Source: an archaeon BMS3Abin16 (lineage in GTDB: Archaea > Hydrothermarchaeota > Hydrothermarchaeia > Hydrothermarchaeales > SZUA-236). Taken from it: DNA of 34,655 nt. Location: contig BDTI01000150.1 of assembly GCA_002923215.1 (NCBI GenBank), forward strand, positions 1-34,655, written 5' to 3'. This document shows positions 29,247 through 34,655 of this stretch, piece after piece. The notes under the pieces were generated by a model that saw only the letters and a program-made list of their open reading frames with translations, searched no databases and had not been told where the DNA came from. A program made the translations under genes and the position numbers. Position 1 is the first letter of the stretch, and the number at the start of each line of letters is the position of its first letter.

Positions 29247-29849
29247 ATGGGCAATATGGAAGAGTTTCTTAGAGCAATGCAACGCAATACAGATGCTAAA
29301 AAAGACGAATATGGTTCCGAAGCTCTGAACAAGTTTGATAAGAGTCAGTTTGAAAGGAACCTAAATGAACTTCTCAAAGAGATAAACCAGATTCAGGACG
29401 AGGATGCAATGTCTCACCTTCTTGAGAGGCTGTCTTTTCGCCTAAATAAATTTAAGATGTTTGATAAGAGTCTTCAGATAATAAATAAAATTTCAGAAAA
29501 GGAAAGAAAGGAATGGGCATATGTGGAAATTGCAACATCTTTTGCCAGCATCGGCAGATATAACGAAGCTGTTAAATTAATGAAAAAGGCTGGTTCCTCT
29601 CATCACCAATGGCCCCGGATTATCAAATACGCTATTGAATTGCAGGATTTCGATGCTGCTGAAGAAATAGCAAAGAACATAGATTCCCTAGACGAGCAAA
29701 GCAGACAGCTAAAGACAATTCGAGCACATAAAAACCGATACTGTCCGCTTATTAAAGACGATGATGAACTCTTCGTTGTTGTTTCCAATGAACTAGCTAA
29801 AAATCTCAGGCTAAGAAACGGCGATAAAGCAACCATCAGGATATTGTAA
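29247..29849 (+). CDS. Hypothetical helical-repeat (TPR-like) protein with C-terminal AbrB-like segment
   Basis: GGAGG RBS; AYVEIATSFASIGRYNEAVKLM and FDAAEEIAKNI helical repeats; LFVVVSNELAKNLRLRNGDKATI resembles an AbrB/MazE swapped hairpin. AT-rich. Confidence 0.6.
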   Translation: MGNMEEFLRAMQRNTDAKKDEYGSEALNKFDKSQFERNLNELLKEINQIQDEDAMSHLLERLSFRLNKFKMFDKSLQIINKISEKERKEWAYVEIATSFASIGRYNEAVKLMKKAGSSHHQWPRIIKYAIELQDFDAAEEIAKNIDSLDEQSRQLKTIRAHKNRYCPLIKDDDELFVVVSNELAKNLRLRNGDKATIRIL

Positions 29850-29886
29850 AGATTTTCAATGAAGTTGTTTAAAGGGAGATGATGAA

Positions 29887-30840
29887 TTGACAAAGACATT
29901 AGAAGAAATTCTCACGGGAGTAATATTGTGTGATGGACAGGGTTATAATAAGAAATGTATGTTCCTAGAAAGGGGGAAGGATGGGAAACCGAAAAAGGGT
30001 AAAGATGGAAAAACGAAACGAACCCTTGATCCATCTGAGTTAAAGAATAAACATGACGGAGAATATAAAGACGAAAAAGATAATTCGGTTGGACTTAAAG
30101 AGTCAGATGTTGAGGATAGGTATCATGTTTATTCTACTGGTAATATGAAACCAGATTTCATGTTTATTATGGAAACGCCGGGAAAAAAAGAGAGTTACAA
30201 GAAAAAGAACAACGAGAATGAATTTGATAAATATGTCAGCAATGGTAAACTGATAAATCATGACAATCTTGAGGGATATGCAAAATTAAGGCAGAAGAAT
30301 TTTCTCAAATGGATATTAAAGCCGTCCGATAAAGACAATATTAAAGACAATATAATTGGCATTGTCAACCAAGAATTACTTGATAATCAAATTACACTAA
30401 ACTTAAAGGATAGACAGCCAGAAAAGAAAACGTTTGAATTTTTTGACTATGTTCATGTGACAGACGTGCGAAAATGTGCAGACGGAAAAACGAGTATATG
30501 CTTCAAGAAGTTTTTGAAAAAAGAAATTGAAATTTTGAATCCAAAACTCATATTTTGCTTTGGTGGTGAGGCGTGGAATCAAATATTTAAGGGATATGAA
30601 TCAGTAATTAGAAACGAAAAATGTAATGACGAAAAAATTAAAGAAATTGAAAAAGGAGGCAAAATCACCAAAATTTCTGACGTTCACGGCTATCTTTTCA
30701 AATTTAAAATTAAAGATGATGCAGATTCGATTTATATCCTTCCTTGCATCCATTTTAGCGGCACTGCACGCAATTCAGCACCCAGAAACAGTTACATAGA
30801 TTATTTCAAAAAAGGGTTAACAGAATATAGGGGAAAATAG
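29887..30840 (+). CDS. Uracil-DNA glycosylase superfamily protein, divergent (copy 1)
   Basis: FMFIMETPG (motif A position), VHVTDVRKC, C..FLKKEIEILNPKLIFCFGGEA, CIHFS (motif B position). AT-rich. Confidence 0.75.
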   Translation: MTKTLEEILTGVILCDGQGYNKKCMFLERGKDGKPKKGKDGKTKRTLDPSELKNKHDGEYKDEKDNSVGLKESDVEDRYHVYSTGNMKPDFMFIMETPGKKESYKKKNNENEFDKYVSNGKLINHDNLEGYAKLRQKNFLKWILKPSDKDNIKDNIIGIVNQELLDNQITLNLKDRQPEKKTFEFFDYVHVTDVRKCADGKTSICFKKFLKKEIEILNPKLIFCFGGEAWNQIFKGYESVIRNEKCNDEKIKEIEKGGKITKISDVHGYLFKFKIKDDADSIYILPCIHFSGTARNSAPRNSYIDYFKKGLTEYRGK

Positions 30841-30845
30841 GAAAA

Positions 30846-30878
30846 ATGACCTCTCTAACCTTCTATGGCGGTGTCGGC
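30846..30878 (+). repeat. Junction repeat R1 (MTSLTFYGGVG gene-start fragment)
   Basis: ATGACCTCTCTAACCTTCTATGG (23 bp) identical to 33794-33816; begins 5 nt after the stop codon of the preceding gene; reading frame dies at TAA 30888-30890. Confidence 0.92.
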
Positions 30879-30933
30879 TATTTCAATTAACTTTTTATAC
30901 GGCATTAACATCAACATATATGTAGGTGATAGC

Positions 30934-31128
30934 ATGTATGTTCGAACCACTATAAAGCTAAGGGAAGACATATATCAGCGCCTCAAAAAAGAGGTTGGAG
31001 CGCGGGGGATGTCTGAAAAAATAAATAAAATACTTGAAGAGACCCTTATCAAGAAGAAGAAAACCCTTTATGGGACCATGCCAAAAGTTGATACAGGCGA
31101 TTTGAGGGACCACGAAGACCGGATGTGA
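30934..31128 (+). CDS. vapB: VapB-type antitoxin (ribbon-helix-helix-like)
   Basis: AGGTGA RBS; RTTIKLREDIYQRLK; 64 aa immediately upstream of a PIN gene. Confidence 0.8.
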   Translation: MYVRTTIKLREDIYQRLKKEVGARGMSEKINKILEETLIKKKKTLYGTMPKVDTGDLRDHEDRM

Positions 31129-31129
31129 A

Positions 31130-31516
31130 ATGATGTTTATCGACTCCTTCGCATGGATTGAATATTTTATGGGCACGGAGAGGGGGAGAAAAGTAAAAAA
31201 AATAATCGAAGGCAATGTAATCACATATACATCGCCAACAGTTATTGCAGAGATCTTCTCAAAGTCGGTTAGAACCGACGGCCAGGATAAAGCCAGGGAG
31301 AGAGTGGATTTCATCGTTGACCGATGCGTGCTCATCCAAACAGACGAAAACATTGCTGTTGAAGCTGGAAGATTACACGGGGAGATGAAGCCGAAGATCA
31401 AGGATTTCGGGCTGGCCGACGCCTTTATCCTCGCATCGGCACGGAGCAAAGGAGCCAAAGTGGTGACTGGAGACCCCCATTTCAAAGACCTAGATGATAC
31501 AGTGTTTTTAGATTGA
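31130..31516 (+). CDS. vapC: VapC PIN-domain toxin
   Basis: FIDSFAWIEYF, IAEI, LADAFILASA, VTGDPHF. Confidence 0.93.
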   Translation: MMFIDSFAWIEYFMGTERGRKVKKIIEGNVITYTSPTVIAEIFSKSVRTDGQDKARERVDFIVDRCVLIQTDENIAVEAGRLHGEMKPKIKDFGLADAFILASARSKGAKVVTGDPHFKDLDDTVFLD

Positions 31517-31562
31517 CCAAAATGACGAATGGATAAGCATGCGCCCCCGATATAACGTGGTT

Positions 31563-32246
31563 TTAGAGACAATTCTCTTTCTTAACAATCTGCATAAGCT
31601 CGCCGAGGTCATCAATCTCGTAATCTGCCCCAGAATCTATGCCCCCCTTCTTAGCCCCATATCTTGCAAAGGCAGTCTTCATGCCAAGGCTTTTGGCTCC
31701 TTGGATGTCTCTCTCTGGCCAGTCCCCGACCATGAGAACCTCTGAGGGTGCAAACCCCAGCTCTTTCAGTGCCTTTTCGAAGGGAAGCCCCTCGGCTTTG
31801 GTCTTACCGGTGTCCTCAAAGGCCACTACAACATCAAAGATGTGATGAAGCTTAAGGGGGCACAATCTTATTCAGGCCTGCAGCCGCGGGGCATCACTGA
31901 CCACGCCCAGCTTGATCCCAATCTTGGACAGCTTGGTGAGTGTCGGAGTGACATGAGGAAAAGGCTCCAGGTAGGCCAGTTTGGTCTTCCTGTAGACAGC
32001 TATGGCATTGCCCAGGATCTTATAATCAATACACCCCAGGACTTCTTTGAGGAAGTCATCAAAGATGTGCTGGTATTCTATACCGCGTCTCTCATAGAGC
32101 TCGTAGAGCTTTCTGATGGCATCATCCCGCTCCATATCGAGGCCTGCATCTATCATGGCGTCCACAGCAGCCTCCACGCTCATCCGCTTCATTTTGCCGA
32201 AATCTATGAGGGTGTTATCTAGGTCGAAGAGCACCCCTTTTATCAT
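31563..32246 (-). pseudogene. HAD-superfamily hydrolase (TIGR02253-like) interrupted by an in-frame TGA
   Basis: FDLDNTL motif I, VVSDAPRLQA-TGA-IRLC, MVGDWPERDIQGA motif IV; the two ORF-track pieces are in the same frame, separated by TGA at 31872-31874. Confidence 0.88.
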
Positions 32247-32333
32247 CAAGTAGAATAGTGTCATCAGAAGGTAAATAGTTTTTCGAACCCTGTCCTCACA
32301 AAAATAAAATACTAGGAACCTCAACGGGTCTTC

Positions 32334-32399
32334 ATGGCGGCGCTCACCTTCTACGGAGGCGAGAGATAAATAAGATATAGGTGGGAGAGAAAGGAGTTA
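32334..32399 (+). repeat. Junction element B (MAALTFYGG gene-start fragment plus leader)
   Basis: ATGGCGGCGCTCACCTTCTACGGAGGC encodes MAALTFYGG, with synonymous differences from R1/R2; followed out of frame by GAG ATA AAT AAG ATA (E I N K I) and the GGAG RBS of the next gene. Confidence 0.8.
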
Positions 32400-32402
32400 G
32401 CA

Positions 32403-33791
32403 ATGTTTAAGCATGAATGTGAGATGTATCCACTCGTGAAGGACTTTTTGATTAAGAAACAAGAATGTAATGAAGAAAAAACGGGGTATACCTCTGAAAA
32501 AAAATGTTTAACTGATGAGGGGAAAACCCTGTCTTTGGCGCTTTTCGGGAGAAGTATTGAACCGGATGTTTACGGTATCGATGACACTAAAGGTATAATC
32601 TATCTTGCAGAAGGTAAAATTACCCACGAAGGTAGATCTTTTGATGAGGCGATTGTTCAGGGTGTGACTTACCAAAGGTTCTCCCACTATGTTTATGTCT
32701 TCTTTCCAATAATAGAGGATGCGGATATTCTAAAACATCTAAAAGAGCTGTGTGAAGAATATGGCTTAGGACTTCTGTTAATAGATTACCAGCGACAGGT
32801 CGAGGAAATAGTTACTCCAAAACTTTCAAAATTTTACGGAGGGAATAACTGGTCTATTACTCGTGATAACATCAAAACAGCAGAAGAAAAAATAACAAGA
32901 TTATTATTGTTAGGTGGAGTGGGAAAAATAGGGCAGGTTCATTTGCCCATTTTAAGGGACATCTGCTATCTACTGGGCGAAAAAGTAAGTTGGAATAATG
33001 AAGAGACGTTTATTATTTTTTTAAGGAAGCATACGTTATTAGATAAATATCGGAGTCAAGGACTAAATGGGAAAGAAAGTAGTCTGAATTTACATGATGG
33101 GAGTGTTAAAAATCCATTGTTATTAAAGAAGATTAAATCGCGTAACAATTCTTCTAGAGGTGCTACTGTTGAAGAGGTATCGGACACCTTTAAAAAATTA
33201 ATCACGGAGACTCTTAACACGTTAGAATATCTTGGCTTGCTAAAAAGAGATAAAGAATCGATGAATCTAACTCCCCAAGGAATTAACTTCAGAAACGTTA
33301 TTAGAGGTGATAATAAGCAGAATCTATACAGAAAAGAAGTTGTCGACACAATTCAGAGAACATTTATTTCTATTCTGCTGGCCAAGGAAGAAGTTGAAGA
33401 AGAAATCCGGAAGATGTGTGAGATAATCAAAAGTGTAGAGCCACAACCGAGATTTAGATTTTGGTGCGATAAATGCGATTATAAAAAAGACTGGACAGTG
33501 AAAAAACTAGAAAAGGAAAAGTTATTAAATATTTACAAAAAATATGGAGAAATACATTGCCCGATATGCAATAATAAAAAGGTTCCTCAGCCGTATAACT
33601 TATTAATGGCGGCTAAGGATTTGGAAAACACTTATCGTTTGGAAGTTTTGCTGGAAGAAACAAAAATAATCGAAAAAGCACGGTCTTTTGACCAGCTTCC
33701 GCCTGAAATGAAGAGAAAATTTAGAATTAATGATCCAAAGCGAACCACTTACTGGTATCTTGGAAAAAACGCCCCTTATTTATCCGAGTAA
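32403..33791 (+). CDS. PD-(D/E)xK restriction-endonuclease-like protein with wHTH and zinc ribbon
   Basis: E..MYP.VK.FL, PDVYG, LAEGK, Q..TYQ.FSHYVYV, YGLGLL in the N-terminus; LEYLGLL...LTPQG winged helix; CDKC...CPIC. AT-rich. Confidence 0.72.
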   Translation: MFKHECEMYPLVKDFLIKKQECNEEKTGYTSEKKCLTDEGKTLSLALFGRSIEPDVYGIDDTKGIIYLAEGKITHEGRSFDEAIVQGVTYQRFSHYVYVFFPIIEDADILKHLKELCEEYGLGLLLIDYQRQVEEIVTPKLSKFYGGNNWSITRDNIKTAEEKITRLLLLGGVGKIGQVHLPILRDICYLLGEKVSWNNEETFIIFLRKHTLLDKYRSQGLNGKESSLNLHDGSVKNPLLLKKIKSRNNSSRGATVEEVSDTFKKLITETLNTLEYLGLLKRDKESMNLTPQGINFRNVIRGDNKQNLYRKEVVDTIQRTFISILLAKEEVEEEIRKMCEIIKSVEPQPRFRFWCDKCDYKKDWTVKKLEKEKLLNIYKKYGEIHCPICNNKKVPQPYNLLMAAKDLENTYRLEVLLEETKIIEKARSFDQLPPEMKRKFRINDPKRTTYWYLGKNAPYLSE

Positions 33792-33793
33792 TC

Positions 33794-33816
33794 ATGACCT
33801 CTCTAACCTTCTATGG
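33794..33816 (+). repeat. Junction repeat R2
   Basis: 23-bp identity to 30846-30868, starting 2 nt after the stop codon of the nuclease gene. Confidence 0.92.
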
Positions 33817-34655
33817 TGTTGACAAAATTAAAGCAGTTTACAGTTGCGTTAAGTGCGAAGAGTGTAAATTACGAGATAAGAATAGTAATGTAGATTTTGC
33901 ATTTTATAATAAAAACTGTGACCAGAAGCTAATGCTTGTCCTTCAAAACCCAGGAATTGAAAAAGGAACTAAAAAAGAGCTAAGGGCGTTAGAGCATGAT
34001 CTTATAGCTGCTGCTGATTTTCAAACGCTATTAGAGTTACATATGTATGGAATGGCTCGATGGCTTTTTATAAATAATAAAGAATTTTCCAGAGAATTTT
34101 TTAAGATATTAAAAAAACCCTTCACCGAAGAATATTTTTTTGGGAGCTATGGTTTATTAGAACTTAAGGATATAGTCAACGACCCTAGTAAAATTGATAA
34201 AATTAAAGGATTTATTAGCCAGCTCTTCGATGATTTTTATATAACTGATTTAGTAAAATGCAGAACCGAAACTCAGAGCTTAAAATGGAACAAAAAGTGC
34301 AATCATCTTAAAAATTGTTACGATCAGTTTTTAAAATATGAGTTAGAAGCTGTACAGCCAGATGTAATTTTTGTCTTCGGCACTAGGGCTTGGAAGCACT
34401 TCTTTTATGAAACGAAATCTAATAATCCTTTAATGATAATAAATCCGAGTCCAACCAAACCCGATAATATTGAAAAATATCGGAATGTGTCAAAAGCTCA
34501 TGGAATTTTATTTGAAAGTGGCCTTTTTGAAGAGAAAAAAATATGGATTATCCCATTAGGCCACTTCAGCCAAGCTATTTACAATTTTTACTTAAGGGAT
34601 AGTTATCACTGTTATCTAAAGAAGGCCGTGTCTAAACTAAAAAAAGTTGGAGTTG
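33794..34655 (+). CDS. Uracil-DNA glycosylase superfamily protein, divergent (copy 2; runs off the window, absent from ORF track)
   Basis: Hand translation MTSLTFYGVDKIKAVYSCVKCEECKLRD...LMLVLQNPG...FYITDLVKCRT...CYDQFLKYELEAVQPDVIFVFGTRAW...IIPLGHFSQ...LRDSYHCYLKKAV; no stop before the window end. Confidence 0.82.
   Translation, partial: MTSLTFYGVDKIKAVYSCVKCEECKLRDKNSNVDFAFYNKNCDQKLMLVLQNPGIEKGTKKELRALEHDLIAAADFQTLLELHMYGMARWLFINNKEFSREFFKILKKPFTEEYFFGSYGLLELKDIVNDPSKIDKIKGFISQLFDDFYITDLVKCRTETQSLKWNKKCNHLKNCYDQFLKYELEAVQPDVIFVFGTRAWKHFFYETKSNNPLMIINPSPTKPDNIEKYRNVSKAHGILFESGLFEEKKIWIIPLGHFSQAIYNFYLRDSYHCYLKKAVSKLKKVGV

Noticed and set aside
30865..30933. ORF-track N-terminal extensions (vapB from 30865, wHTH from 6875, HAD from 32324, CA from 23433)
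   Set aside because: Better starts with RBS and family-typical N-termini lie downstream (30934, 6938, 32246, 23310).
31872..31874. In-frame TGA as selenocysteine or reassigned codon
   Set aside because: The position is most plausibly Trp, not a catalytic Cys; no SECIS recognised; many intact genes here end in TGA.
30846..33816. 23-bp direct repeats as a CRISPR array or classical integron attC sites
   Set aside because: Copies are kilobases apart and separated by genes, so not CRISPR. They contain CTAAC and nearby GTT, but there is no 57-141 bp palindromic attC structure and no IntI; divergence between copies is largely synonymous, indicating a coding origin.
30846..33816. R1-R2 as attL/attR of a prophage or transposon
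   Set aside because: The 2.9-kb interval holds no integrase, transposase or replication gene, and two further degenerate copies exist; cannot be wholly excluded if mobilised in trans.

Overview
Archaeal chromosomal segment (membrane-anchored LonB, NOG1-type GTPase, archaeal Pgk and MinD, TATA promoters, GGAGG/GGTGA ribosome-binding sites); the lineage cannot be fixed from the sequence. 1-11.3 kb is a lipid/signalling block: three non-canonical geranylgeranyl-reductase paralogues, a 978-aa polytopic membrane protein ending in a degenerate KaiC-like domain, an acylphosphatase with a 21-bp repeat tail, a frameshifted PAS-GAF histidine kinase and two unannotated small ORFs. 11.3-29.2 kb is mostly housekeeping (minD, pgk, receiver protein, chorismate mutase-pheA, rnhB, a ugd-galU-uxs UDP-xylose operon, HD dNTPase, tldD/pmbA, lonB, prs) plus a frameshifted, surface-anchored alpha-carbonic anhydrase. 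From 29.15 kb to the end lies an AT-rich accessory/defence-like array: TPR-like protein, two divergent uracil-DNA-glycosylase-superfamily genes, vapBC, a PD-(D/E)xK nuclease and a HAD pseudogene. The most striking observation is that four gene junctions in this array carry copies of what looks like the first codons of an archaeal RNase J-like metallo-beta-lactamase gene (MTSLTFYGG...), two of them identical over 23 bp, one supplying the start codon of the last gene. This suggests an integrase-free cassette array that grows at the 5' end of a conserved gene. No rRNA, tRNA, CRISPR array, transposase or integrase was seen. All calls come from motif recognition by eye; no database search was run.
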